From Candidatus Latescibacterota bacterium (GTDB taxonomy: Bacteria; Latescibacterota; UBA2968; UBA8231): a stretch of 64,000 nucleotides of DNA. Below, piece after piece: positions 1 through 9,136 of the stretch (position 1 is the first letter of the stretch; each line of letters begins with the position of its first letter). The stretch covers positions 704,001 through 768,000 of the forward strand of contig OZ220090.1 of assembly GCA_964291625.2 (NCBI GenBank), written 5' to 3'. The position numbers and the translations under genes are program-made. The notes beneath the pieces were generated by a model that saw only the letters and a program-made list of their open reading frames with translations, searched no databases and was not told where the DNA came from.

Positions 1-2090
1 AAGCGGCCGCTGAGGCGGTCGTTCAGGTGGAACAGGCCCCAGTCGACGTTGAGCTGACGGGCCAGGTGCTGACGGCCGAGGAGGAAGTTGAGCCCGTCGA
101 GGATACCGCTCCGGGAGCCGGAGATGTGGGACAGGACGAAGTAGTAGCGCTCGTCGCCGAGGACGTCGCTCAGTCCTACCTGCACGCCGCCGGAAGTGCC
201 GAAGACGGGGTCCTGGGAGATCTGGCTCTGGGCCACGTCGAGAGACAGCCGGCGCTTGTAGGTGCGGCCGCTGACCGCCGTCCGGTCCGGCAGTCCCGCC
301 AGGGTCCAGGGGTCCGACCCCGCCGGGGGAAGGGCGGTGGAGTCGGTGGCGGCGGGGTCCGGCCGCAGGCGGTAGAGCTGGAACCCCCCGGCCTCGAACC
401 CGGTGAGCAGCAACTCCTCCCCGTCCGGCATCCAGGCGGGATCGAAGAGGCCCGTCAAGGTGCGCGTCAGCCGCCGCCGGCCCACCGGCTCCATCACTCC
501 GGCGGAGTCGCGCAAGGTCAGGGTGTGGAGGTCGAAGTATCCGCTGCGGTCGGAGCTGAAGGCGAGCCTCTCCCCGTCCGGGGACCAGGCCGGCTGCAGG
601 TCCCGGTGCTCACCCGAGGTCAGCGGCTTCACACGGCCGCTGCCGAGATCGAGGGTGAAGAGGTGCTGCCAGCCGCCGTCCTCCGGGGCCGAGGCCCGGT
701 CGGAGCTGAAGGCCAGCAGGTCGAGCCGGGGGTGCCAGTCGGGGTCGCTGTCGAGGCACGGGTCGTCGGTCAGCTCGGTCAGGGCACCGGTGGCGAGATC
801 GAGCACAAAGAGGTCGGTGGAGCCGCCGCGGCGGGCTCCGGAGAAGGCGATCCGGCCGCCCCGGGGAGACCAGGTCGGCGACGACAGGGCCACCACCTCC
901 TCGAAGGAGAACCGCTGCCGGCGCCGGCCCTGCTCCAGGTCCCACAGGATCAGGTGGTCGCGGCCGTTGCGCTTGGCCACGAAGGCCAGCACCCCGCCGT
1001 CGGGCGACACGTCGAGACTGGTGCGCAGAGGATGGAGGGACTCGTACTCGGGCTCGCGCTCGCCGGCCATCACCAGGCGGTGCCCGCCGCCGCCGACGCG
1101 GGACCGGGCGATGGTAGTGTAGCCCTGGTCGTTGCGGAAGAACACGCAGGAGACGGAATCGGCCGGCAGTTGGCGGCCGGAGGGCGGGGGGATGACCGCC
1201 GCCTTGAGATTGTAGCCGGTGCGCGTGAGCGGGTCCGCCAGGTGCCCCGGAGGGTCGCCCTCCTCGATATCGGGCAGGTAGTCCTTCTGCATGCGGTAGA
1301 CCCAGGCCGCGTCGAGATCGGCCAGACTCTCGCCGGTGGTGGCCTCGAGGACGCGGCCGAAGTCGTCCCCGCGCCACCAGTTGTCCAGCAGCCGGGCGAA
1401 GATGTCCTCGCCGTAGCGCTCGGCCATGAGGTGGCAGATCGACTCGCCTTCCTTGTACATCTGGTAGGTGCCGTGGATACGATGCATCCGGGCGATCGGG
1501 GCGAGGCGGCCGCTGAACATGGCGTCGCGCAGGATCATGTGGGCATAGCTGTCCTGCGGGCCGGAGAGATACTCGGCGAGCCCCTCGGAGAACCAGAGCG
1601 GCCCGAACCAGACGTCCGCGGCGCCGCGGTCGCGCAGGACCGTGCGGATGCGGTCGAACATGAAGACGTGGACCAGCTCGTGATGCAGGACGCGCTCGAA
1701 GTCGGGGTAGGAGCCGCTCAGGGGAAGGGCCACCCGCCCCTTGAGGAACTCCGTGAAACCGGCCACCCCCTCCGGGAGCAGGCCCGGCATGATGTTGGTC
1801 TGCTCGAAGTAGACGTGGGAGGAGTAGACGATGAGCGGCACCCGGCGGCGCACGGTGTGGGCGAGGCGGCGCTCCAGCTCTCGGAAGCCCTCCTCCGCCA
1901 TGCGCGCCGCGATCGACGCCAGCTCCTCCTCCTCCGGATAGAAGTAGACGTCGAAGTGGGCGGTCTCCATGCGCTGCCAGGCCAACTCCTCGTGCTGGAC
2001 CTTGTTCTTGCCGAAGCGGTAGGGCTGGGCCCCGGCCGTTGCGGCCGCGAGGAGGATCCACGCCAGCAGCGCCGGGAGAGCACGGGACAC
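1..2090 (-). CDS. Secreted multidomain protein: HExxH zinc-peptidase (MA-like) domain + PD40/TolB-like propeller + start of outer-membrane beta-barrel (runs off left edge)
   Basis: Not in ORF track. Manual translation from GTG 2090: signal peptide (MSRALPALLAWILLAAATAGA), FGKNKVQ, 'VLHHELVHVF', propeller-like middle, then 'YKRRLSLD...GLSDVLGD'. Confidence 0.75.
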   Translation of the reverse strand, partial: MSRALPALLAWILLAAATAGAQPYRFGKNKVQHEELAWQRMETAHFDVYFYPEEEELASIAARMAEEGFRELERRLAHTVRRRVPLIVYSSHVYFEQTNIMPGLLPEGVAGFTEFLKGRVALPLSGSYPDFERVLHHELVHVFMFDRIRTVLRDRGAADVWFGPLWFSEGLAEYLSGPQDSYAHMILRDAMFSGRLAPIARMHRIHGTYQMYKEGESICHLMAERYGEDIFARLLDNWWRGDDFGRVLEATTGESLADLDAAWVYRMQKDYLPDIEEGDPPGHLADPLTRTGYNLKAAVIPPPSGRQLPADSVSCVFFRNDQGYTTIARSRVGGGGHRLVMAGEREPEYESLHPLRTSLDVSPDGGVLAFVAKRNGRDHLILWDLEQGRRRQRFSFEEVVALSSPTWSPRGGRIAFSGARRGGSTDLFVLDLATGALTELTDDPCLDSDPDWHPRLDLLAFSSDRASAPEDGGWQHLFTLDLGSGRVKPLTSGEHRDLQPAWSPDGERLAFSSDRSGYFDLHTLTLRDSAGVMEPVGRRRLTRTLTGLFDPAWMPDGEELLLTGFEAGGFQLYRLRPDPAATDSTALPPAGSDPWTLAGLPDRTAVSGRTYKRRLSLDVAQSQISQDPVFGTSGGVQVGLSDVLGDERYYFVLSHISGSRSGILDGLNFLLGRQHLARQLNVDWGLFHLNDRLSGR

Positions 2091-2092
2091 GG

Positions 2093-3169
2093 TCAGCTCC
2101 CCTGCAGGTAGCCGCCGAAGGCGCCGCCCCTGGCCAGGGGACGGCGCAGGCGGATGTGCCGTCCCGCCTCGACGCCGTGGTCGAAGGCCTCGCTGGCAGC
2201 CACCCCCGAGGACCTGCGGGTGACGACGCGCGGATTGTGGTACCGGTACCAGGCCTGGAGACGGGCGTCCCCCTGCCACACGAGCTCGCCGGTGGTGGCG
2301 CGCGCGCTGCGGCTGTGCTCCTTGCGTTCGAGCTGCTCGTGGAAGCCCTGCAGCAGGCCGGTCCAGTAGCCCATCCGCTCGCGGTTGCCCGTGAGGCTCC
2401 GCCAGCGGCGGTAGTCGTCCCACAGGGAGCGCAGCACCTGCGACAGGTATGTGTGCACGTACTCGGCCATGTCCACGTTCGCCGGGGTGCCGTAGACCTC
2501 CAGCACCGTGCCCTCCATGTCGCGGTGGGCGGCGTAGCTGCGCGCCCACAGGACCTCGACGAAGAAGAAGTCGTTGAGGATCATGGCCAACCACAGCTCC
2601 CAGGAGGCATGGCGGCCCTTGACCGGACCCAGCCGCCGGCGGGTGAATGAGCGCTCGCCGTCGGCCTCCACGAGGTCGACGTTGTACTTGAGCAGCAGCC
2701 GGCGGGCCTTCTCCATGGCCGCCCGCGCCTCGTTCTCGTTGGCCGATCCCGACAGGGAGAGCAGCTTCTTCACGCGGGACACGACGCCTGCCTCGGCGGC
2801 CTCCGGCCCCCCGCGGGTCCGCGAGCTCGCCCGGGGCTCGCAGCGCAGGCGCCGGCAGGCCTCGCGGAAAGCCGGCCCGTGAGGCGGCTCTTCGCCGGCT
2901 CGCAGAACCTCGCCGGCGTACTGGTGAGCCATCTCGTGGCGCAGGGTCTCCATCACCTCGCCCCAGGGGTCGTCGAGGATGTGGCGGCGGCTGATGGTGA
3001 TCGTGCGCAGCACCGGGTCCCACGAGCCGAGCCGGCCGACGCCTTCGCCGAGACGGATCTGGGGGCGGCGCAGGGCCCGGCGCAGGTACTCGTGATCGTA
3101 GTGCTCCCACCATCGGTAGAGGGCGCGGACCCAGGCGCCGTTCAAGTCCCGGGGAGCGGAGACGGACAT
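2093..3169 (-). CDS. SprT-like metalloprotease domain fused to DUF2786 domain
   Basis: TLRHEMAHQY and 'PHGPAFREAC' (SprT-like); 'SRVKKLLSLSGSANENEARAAMEKARRLLLKYN' (DUF2786). Confidence 0.8.
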   Translation of the reverse strand: MSVSAPRDLNGAWVRALYRWWEHYDHEYLRRALRRPQIRLGEGVGRLGSWDPVLRTITISRRHILDDPWGEVMETLRHEMAHQYAGEVLRAGEEPPHGPAFREACRRLRCEPRASSRTRGGPEAAEAGVVSRVKKLLSLSGSANENEARAAMEKARRLLLKYNVDLVEADGERSFTRRRLGPVKGRHASWELWLAMILNDFFFVEVLWARSYAAHRDMEGTVLEVYGTPANVDMAEYVHTYLSQVLRSLWDDYRRWRSLTGNRERMGYWTGLLQGFHEQLERKEHSRSARATTGELVWQGDARLQAWYRYHNPRVVTRRSSGVAASEAFDHGVEAGRHIRLRRPLARGGAFGGYLQGS

Positions 3170-3233
3170 GAGAGGGCGGTCTCGCCGGCCGGTGCTCAGT
3201 GCCGGGAGCCGCGGGCTCCGGCGCCGAGGACCG

Positions 3234-4103
3234 TCATCGCAGGCTCTCGACGAAAGCCGGAGCCAGGCGGCCGCTGGCCACTTCTTCCACGGCTCCCCTC
3301 ATGGTCAGGCCGAAGCCCTGGTCCACGTCGATGTGGAGGGTGCCGCCCTCGGCCTCCACGGCCACCGGCGCCTTCACCAGACCCAGGCGGACCGCCGCGG
3401 CGCCGGCGGCGCAGGCGGAGGAGCCCGAGGCCAGAGTCTCGCCGGCGCCGCGCTCCCAGATGAGGATATGGAGCGTGTTGGGGCCGATGGGGGTGGCCAG
3501 TTGGACGTTGGTCCGGCGCGGGAAGATCTCGTGGTTCTCGAGGGCGGGTCCCAGGGTGAGCAGCTCCTCCCGCGTCCAGGGCTGCCCGGGGCCGCGGAAC
3601 AGGACGCAGTGCGGATTGCCGACGCTGACCCCCGTGAAGCGCAGCTCGCGGCCGGCGGCCGTCACCGGCTGCTCGATGAGCTCCTCCGCCCCCAGGCTGC
3701 AGGGCAGGTCCGAGGGACGGAAGGTGGCGGTCCCCATCTCCACCGTGGCGGCGTTGGCGTACCCGGAGCCGTCGACGTGCAGCTCGATGGCCACCCGCCC
3801 GCCCCGGGTCTCCACCGTGAAGCGGCGGCGGCGCGTGCGGCGCGTGGCGTGGAGATAGCGGGCGAAGATGCGCAGCCCGTTGCCCGACTTCTCGGCCTCC
3901 GAGCCGTCGGGGTTGTAGATGCGCACGCCGAAGTCGGCTGTCCGCGACGACGCCAGGGCGAGGATGCCGTCGCTGCCGACGCCCCGGTGGCGGTCGCAGA
4001 TCGCCCGGATCCGCCGCGGCGTGAGGGAGACATCGAGCTCGGCCGGATCCAGGGCGATATAGTCGTTGCCCAGGCCGTGGCCCTTGAAGAAGCCGTTCCT
4101 CAT
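3234..4103 (-). CDS. dapF: Diaminopimelate epimerase family, Ser/Ser active-site variant
   Basis: FFKGHGLGNDY, GVGSDG, YNPDGSEAEKSGNG, VGNPHCV, TNVQ, WERGAGETLASGSS. Confidence 0.85.
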   Translation of the reverse strand: MRNGFFKGHGLGNDYIALDPAELDVSLTPRRIRAICDRHRGVGSDGILALASSRTADFGVRIYNPDGSEAEKSGNGLRIFARYLHATRRTRRRRFTVETRGGRVAIELHVDGSGYANAATVEMGTATFRPSDLPCSLGAEELIEQPVTAAGRELRFTGVSVGNPHCVLFRGPGQPWTREELLTLGPALENHEIFPRRTNVQLATPIGPNTLHILIWERGAGETLASGSSACAAGAAAVRLGLVKAPVAVEAEGGTLHIDVDQGFGLTMRGAVEEVASGRLAPAFVESLR

Positions 4104-4125
4104 CCTCAGCCGGCCCGACGACGCC

Positions 4126-4773
4126 TCAGAAGCGCAGTCTCAACTCGGCCAGCCGAAGGGGGCGGTCCCTCGCCGCGGACTGGTCGAGGAGCGGCTCGGG
4201 CTCCCGCGCCTGGTGGACGGCGTTGGCCGCCCGCACCTGGTCCCGCAGGTGGAGCAGGGAGGCGACCTTGGTCCAGGCGAGCAGGGGGATCCAGCCCGCC
4301 GCTCCGCTCCGCCCGGTGGCCCACGCCGTACCTCCGGCGATGGCCGTGACCCCGATCATGGCGTACCCCTGGCCGAACTCGCCGGCGTAGAAGTAGCCGA
4401 ACCCCGGCAGCACGGCCTCGATGGCGAGGGCGAGACCCGTCCACTTCGGCGGCCGGTACGGCGCCATCTGCCGAGGGATCCGGTGGACGCCGATCTCGCG
4501 GGCCGAGCGGATGTGGGCCAGCGGATAGGCGGCGGTGCGAATCTGCAGGGGGCCGATGACCTCCTGCACGCTCACCGTGTCGGCGCCCAGAGCCTGCACG
4601 CGGACCTGCCGCATGGCCCCGGCATCGAGGGTGATCTCCCCCCAGAGCCCCTCGCTCTGCAGCCGCTCCAGGACCGGACGCACCTCGTCCTCCCCGAAGG
4701 CCGCCGGGACGCCGAGGGCGAGGGCCAGGAGGCCGCCGAGGATCGCGGATCGAATCTCTTCCATTCCGTTCAT
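4126..4773 (-). CDS. Hypothetical exported/membrane protein with a TM2/DUF5683-like 'PGxGxFYxG' segment
   Basis: ATG 4773 preceded by GGGAGG; signal peptide; 'AVLPGFGYFYAGEFGQG' followed by hydrophobic helices. Confidence 0.6.
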   Translation of the reverse strand: MNGMEEIRSAILGGLLALALGVPAAFGEDEVRPVLERLQSEGLWGEITLDAGAMRQVRVQALGADTVSVQEVIGPLQIRTAAYPLAHIRSAREIGVHRIPRQMAPYRPPKWTGLALAIEAVLPGFGYFYAGEFGQGYAMIGVTAIAGGTAWATGRSGAAGWIPLLAWTKVASLLHLRDQVRAANAVHQAREPEPLLDQSAARDRPLRLAELRLRF

Positions 4774-4907
4774 ATAGCCTCCCTTTTCCATCATTCGAGT
4801 TTACGGGCTGCCCCGCGAAGGGTGCAAATCCAGGCCCGCCTCCCGACGGTTCCGCATGGCCCGCGACCGGCTGTCTCCCCCTCCCGCCCCTGCCTATCTT
4901 GCCCCGG

Positions 4908-6662
4908 ATGGAGGATTCCGGCAGCGCCAGCCCCCCCGACAACGGCCGCATCGTCCGCTTCCTCAAGCGCCAGGCGGCGCTCATGGAGCTGGCGGGGCTC
5001 AACGCCTTCCGCGTGCGCGCCTTCGACAACGCGGCGCGCCTGCTCGAGGAGTTGGAGGTCGACATCGCCGAGATGTCGGACGCCGGCACCCTCACCGGGA
5101 TCGACGGCATCGGCAAGGGGGTGGCGGCCTTCATCGCGGAGTACATCGACCGCGGCACGACAGGGGCCTACGAGGCGCTCACCGAGGAGGTCCCGGAGAC
5201 GCTCCTCGACCTCCTGCGCATCCCCGGCCTGGGCCAGAAGAAGGTGAAGGCCCTGTACGAAACCCTCGGTATCACCACCCTGGGGGAGCTGGAAGCCGCC
5301 TGCCGCGATGGCCGGCTGCGGGAGTTGCCGGGCTTCGGCGAGCGCAGCCAGGAGAACCTCCTCCGGGCCATCGAGGGGCTGGGCCGGTTCCGGGGCCGCT
5401 ATCGCTACGACCAGGCCCTGGCCGACGCCCGGGGCCTGCTGCGGGCGCTGCAGGCCCATCCGCGAACGATCCGGGCAAGCCTCGCCGGCAGCCTGCGCCG
5501 CCGGCGGGAGGTGGTGAAGGACATCGACATCGTCCTCAGCACGGACGCCCCCGGCGAGGTGGGCGCCCTCTTCGCGGGGCGGCCCGGCGTGGTCGAGGTG
5601 ATCTCCCGGGGGGAGCGCAAGATCTCCGTGCGCCTCGAGAGCGGCCTGCAGGCCGACCTGCGGCTCGTCGACGACGCCCGCTTCCCCTCCCTCCTGCACC
5701 ACTTCACCGGCAGCCGGGACCACAACGTGGCCATGCGGTCCCGCGCCCTGGACCGCGGCATGCATCTCAACGAGTACGGCCTCTTCCAGGGACGGGAGGG
5801 CGACGGCGATCCCGTCCCCTGCGAGGACGAGGCCGACCTCTTCCGGGCCCTCGGCCTCGGCTACGTGCCGCCGGAGCTGCGGGAGGGCCTCGGCGAGGTG
5901 GAAGCGGCGGCGGCCGGAGAGCTGCCGCGCCTGCTGAAGGCAGAGGACGTGCGAGGCATGCTGCACGTCCACACGCGCGCCTCCGACGGCGTCGATACCC
6001 TGGAGGAGATGGTCGACGCCGCGCGCCGTCGAGGCCACGAGTACGTCGCCATCTGCGATCACTCGAAGTCAGCCGGCTACGTCTACGGCATGAAGGAAGC
6101 CGACGTGGAGATCCAGCATCGCGAGATCGACGCCCTGCAGGCGGAGCGGCCGGACATCTCCATCCTCAAGGGCATCGAATCCGAGGTGCGAAAGGACGGC
6201 TCCCTGGACTACGACGACGACTTCCTCGAACGCTTCGATCTCGTCGTGGCGGCGGTGCACGACCCCATGGGCCTGGAGGAAGCCGACCTGACCCGCCGAG
6301 TGGTGCGGGCGGTGGAACAGCCGGCCACCTCGGTCCTCGCCCACCCCAGCGGCCGGATCCTGCTGGAGCGCGACGGCTTCCCTTTCGACATGGAGGAGGT
6401 CCTGGCCGCCGCGGCCGCCCACGGCGTGGCCCTGGAGTTGAACGCCCATCCCGCCCGCCTCGATCTCGACTGGCGCTGGCTGCGCCGGGCCCGCCAGCTC
6501 GGCGCGCCCATCGCCGTCAACACCGACGCCCACCGGATCGCCGACCTCGACAACCTCGACCTCGGCATCGGCATCGCCCGCAAGGGCTGGCTCACGGCAG
6601 CGGACGTCATCAACGCCCGGTCCGTCGACGACCTGCGCAGCTGGGCCCGGCGCAGGGACTGA
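4908..6662 (+). CDS. polX: DNA polymerase X / PHP 3'-5' exonuclease
   Basis: HhH repeats (GIGKG, PGLGQKK, PGFG), GSLRR..KDIDI, QADLR, FTGS; PHP motifs LHVHT, DHS, AHP, NTDAH. Confidence 0.93.
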   Translation: MEDSGSASPPDNGRIVRFLKRQAALMELAGLNAFRVRAFDNAARLLEELEVDIAEMSDAGTLTGIDGIGKGVAAFIAEYIDRGTTGAYEALTEEVPETLLDLLRIPGLGQKKVKALYETLGITTLGELEAACRDGRLRELPGFGERSQENLLRAIEGLGRFRGRYRYDQALADARGLLRALQAHPRTIRASLAGSLRRRREVVKDIDIVLSTDAPGEVGALFAGRPGVVEVISRGERKISVRLESGLQADLRLVDDARFPSLLHHFTGSRDHNVAMRSRALDRGMHLNEYGLFQGREGDGDPVPCEDEADLFRALGLGYVPPELREGLGEVEAAAAGELPRLLKAEDVRGMLHVHTRASDGVDTLEEMVDAARRRGHEYVAICDHSKSAGYVYGMKEADVEIQHREIDALQAERPDISILKGIESEVRKDGSLDYDDDFLERFDLVVAAVHDPMGLEEADLTRRVVRAVEQPATSVLAHPSGRILLERDGFPFDMEEVLAAAAAHGVALELNAHPARLDLDWRWLRRARQLGAPIAVNTDAHRIADLDNLDLGIGIARKGWLTAADVINARSVDDLRSWARRRD

Positions 6663-6754
6663 GGGGCCATGAACCCCGGGGGGCGAGGCTGGCCTGGGCA
6701 GAACCTCGCCTGCGACCCCGCCCAGGCGGCCCCGCGAAGCCGCACCGCACGCCG

Positions 6755-7645
6755 TCACTCCACGGCCCCCGGAGACCTCTTCAGCCACGAAGGCAGGCGA
6801 ATGCCCTCCGACAGGCGCCAGGCCGTCAGGTAGAGGCTGGCGGTGAAGGCCACGGCCAACCGGCCCCTCTCCTCGGCGAAGGCCCGGGCCGGCTCACTCA
6901 CCGGGTCGAGACCGCCGGCCAACTCGTAGACCCGGTCCACCTGCCCGTTGCTCTCCAGGACCTGGTCCCGCACGGCGGCGAACAGCTCCCCCTCCAAGGG
7001 GGCCGCCTCCACCCCCTCCGCCAGCTCCGCGGCGGTCAGGCCGATGCGCTCGATGAGGGAATCCACCTTCTCGTGGATGCCGGCGCCGGTCCGCGAGCCG
7101 TCCTCGCCGACGCGGCCGTTGTAGTGGATGGTGGCGTGCAGAGGCTGGACGATGTCCTCGGCGTAGTGGGCGAGGAAGCCGGCGTAGACCAGGCACTTGG
7201 CCTGGATCACCCCGTTCTGCGGCCACTTGCGGTGCTCGGCGAAGGCCACTGCGAGGCGCTCGACGTACTCGGTGATGGCGTACGGGGCGAACCCGGCTTC
7301 CTCGGGTGCGATGCCCAGGGTGTGGCAAAGGGCGATGAAGTCGTAGCGCTGGTCGGGCAGCTCCTCTCCCTGCAGGAGCTCGATGTCGGCGAAGTGCTCG
7401 GGATGCTCGCCGTGGCGGACGTGCGGGGCCCGGCGGTTCTTGGCGACGTCGGGGTCGAAGGAGATGTGCGCCGCCGTCTCGGCCCCGTCGCGGAAGAAGG
7501 CGGGCACCTCCTGGGGCAGGGCCTGAACCGCCGCCCGGGTCAGCAGGCCGTGGGTGTCTCCCCACCAGGCCGCAGCCGGCTGCGCCAGGGCCAGGACGGC
7601 CAGGGTCACACCCGCCGGCAGCCGGAACCCGCGCCGCGTTGACAC
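6755..7645 (-). CDS. Secreted S1/P1 nuclease / zinc phospholipase C-like protein
   Basis: Signal peptide ending PAAA, mature N-terminus WWGDTH (W1/H6 Zn ligands), DPD, HFAD, HYAEDIVQPLH, IHEKVD. Start GTG 7645 or ATG 7675. Confidence 0.75.
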   Translation of the reverse strand: MSTRRGFRLPAGVTLAVLALAQPAAAWWGDTHGLLTRAAVQALPQEVPAFFRDGAETAAHISFDPDVAKNRRAPHVRHGEHPEHFADIELLQGEELPDQRYDFIALCHTLGIAPEEAGFAPYAITEYVERLAVAFAEHRKWPQNGVIQAKCLVYAGFLAHYAEDIVQPLHATIHYNGRVGEDGSRTGAGIHEKVDSLIERIGLTAAELAEGVEAAPLEGELFAAVRDQVLESNGQVDRVYELAGGLDPVSEPARAFAEERGRLAVAFTASLYLTAWRLSEGIRLPSWLKRSPGAVE

Positions 7646-7666
7646 CCCTGGAGGGCTCCATATAGT
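7639..7666 (+). promoter_or_regulatory. Sigma70-type promoter for peroxiredoxin
   Basis: TTGACA(7639-44)-N16-TATAGT(7661-66). Confidence 0.6.
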
Positions 7667-7742
7667 AGATTCCATCGTATCTGCTTCACCCTTCCGGCCG
7701 CCGAAACCGCGGCCATCCCTTCTGCCAGAGGAGTTACGGACC

Positions 7743-8378
7743 ATGGCGATCCGATTGGGCGATGAAGCGCCCGACTTCACAGCCGAGACCACGGAAGGAA
7801 CGATCTCCTTCCACGAGTGGATCGGGGACGGCTGGGCCGTCCTGTTCTCCCATCCCGCCGACTTCACCCCGGTGTGCACCACCGAACTGGGCACGGTGGC
7901 CAAGCTCAAGTCCGAGTTCGAGAAGCGCAACGTGAAGATCATCGCCCTGAGCGTCGATCCCGTCGATGCCCACGACCGCTGGATCGGGGACATCAACGAG
8001 ACCCAGAACACGACTGTCAACTTTCCCCTGATCGCCGATCCGGAACGGAAGGTCTCCGACCTCTACGACATGATCCATCCGAACGCGCTCGACAACCTGA
8101 CGGTGCGCTCCGTCTTCGTCATCGGCCCCGACAAGAAGGTCAAACTCACCCTGACCTACCCGGCCTCGACGGGCCGCAACTTCGACGAAATCCTGCGGGT
8201 GATCGACTCCCTGCAGCTGACCGCCGAATACTCGGTGGCCACCCCGGCCAACTGGACCGACGGTGAGGACTGCATCGTCGTGCCGGCGGTCTCCGACGAG
8301 GATGCCAGGAACAGATTCCCGAAGGGCTTCGAGGCGGTGAAGCCGTATCTGAGGGTTACGCCCCAGCCGAACCGGTAG
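7743..8378 (+). CDS. 1-Cys peroxiredoxin (Prx6)
   Basis: FSHPADFTPVCTTE, YPASTGRNFDEILR, ATPANW; GAGGAG RBS. Confidence 0.93.
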   Translation: MAIRLGDEAPDFTAETTEGTISFHEWIGDGWAVLFSHPADFTPVCTTELGTVAKLKSEFEKRNVKIIALSVDPVDAHDRWIGDINETQNTTVNFPLIADPERKVSDLYDMIHPNALDNLTVRSVFVIGPDKKVKLTLTYPASTGRNFDEILRVIDSLQLTAEYSVATPANWTDGEDCIVVPAVSDEDARNRFPKGFEAVKPYLRVTPQPNR

Positions 8379-8419
8379 CCCCACGGTCCCATCCGTCCCC
8401 GGAGCCGAAGGAGGCGGCC

Positions 8420-8890
8420 TCAGAACGGCAGCCCGTCGTCCTCCAGCGCTCCCGGGGAACGGGTGGCCGTCGCGCCGGGGTCCGCCTCCTCCTCCCGCCC
8501 GTACAGGAGATCGAGCTCTCCGGGGCCCCCGGCGCCGTCGACGAGGCGGAGATCGGTGACGACGATCTCAGTCACGCTGTGCCGGTGACCCTTGCCGTCC
8601 TCCCACTTGCGGGTCTGCAGGCGCCCCTCCACGTAGATCCGGACCCCCTTGCGCAGGTGTTGACTGGCGACCTCCGCCAGCCGGCGCCAGAGCACCAGGC
8701 GGTGCCACTCGGTGCGCCGCCGGCGGCCGCCCTTGCGGTCGATCCAGGACTCGTCGGTGGCGAGACTGGCGGTGGTCACCTGGGTCCCGGAGGGGGTGAA
8801 GCGGGTCTCCGGATCGTCGCCGAGGTTGCCAACGAGGGTTGCCTTGTTGAGGCACTTGCCCGGTGCCGGGCGCGGCAGGAGATCAGACAT
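8420..8890 (-). CDS. ssb: Single-stranded DNA-binding protein
   Basis: LNKATLVGNLGDDPE, TEWHR, KG..IYVEGRLQTRKW, acidic tail EDDGLPF; ATG 8890. Confidence 0.92.
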   Translation of the reverse strand: MSDLLPRPAPGKCLNKATLVGNLGDDPETRFTPSGTQVTTASLATDESWIDRKGGRRRRTEWHRLVLWRRLAEVASQHLRKGVRIYVEGRLQTRKWEDGKGHRHSVTEIVVTDLRLVDGAGGPGELDLLYGREEEADPGATATRSPGALEDDGLPF

Positions 8891-9065
8891 CGCCCTTGTC
8901 CGGCGGGGTGCGGCGCTTGCGCCGCGCCTGAGGGGTCTCGATGCCGAAGCGGCGGCACAGGCGCCCGAAACTCCCCGGGGCGATGCCGAGGGCCAGCCCG
9001 GCGTCGCGGTTGCTGGCGTAGATCCGCGCGGCCCGTGCGATCCGCGCGCGGTCGAACTGCTCCAT
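8883..9065 (-). CDS. Small basic protein with Fis-like HTH pattern (60 aa)
   Basis: MEQFDRARIARAARIYASNRDAGLALGIAPGSFGRLCRRFGIETP; AGGAGG RBS; overlaps ssb start. Confidence 0.65.
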   Translation of the reverse strand: MEQFDRARIARAARIYASNRDAGLALGIAPGSFGRLCRRFGIETPQARRKRRTPPDKGDV

Positions 9066-9136
9066 GACTCGGAACCTCCTGGAGTCGAGGTTGACGTGAG
9101 CGGGGCCTGATCGGGCGGAGATCCGATCGGTCCTGT

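Noticed and set aside
27-2111. Long + strand ORF (694 aa) and similar ORFs such as 24098..27457 and 56226..59216
   Set aside because: Antisense shadows of real minus-strand genes, expected at high GC; no recognisable motifs
4798-4900. Possible divergent promoters (TTGCAC-N18-TAAACT; TATCTT before polX ATG)
   Set aside because: Weak matches; insufficient without TSS data
6682-6710. GGCGAGG...CCTCGCC hairpin between convergent polX and nuclease genes
   Set aside because: Short stem, long loop and no U-tract; not supportable as a terminator
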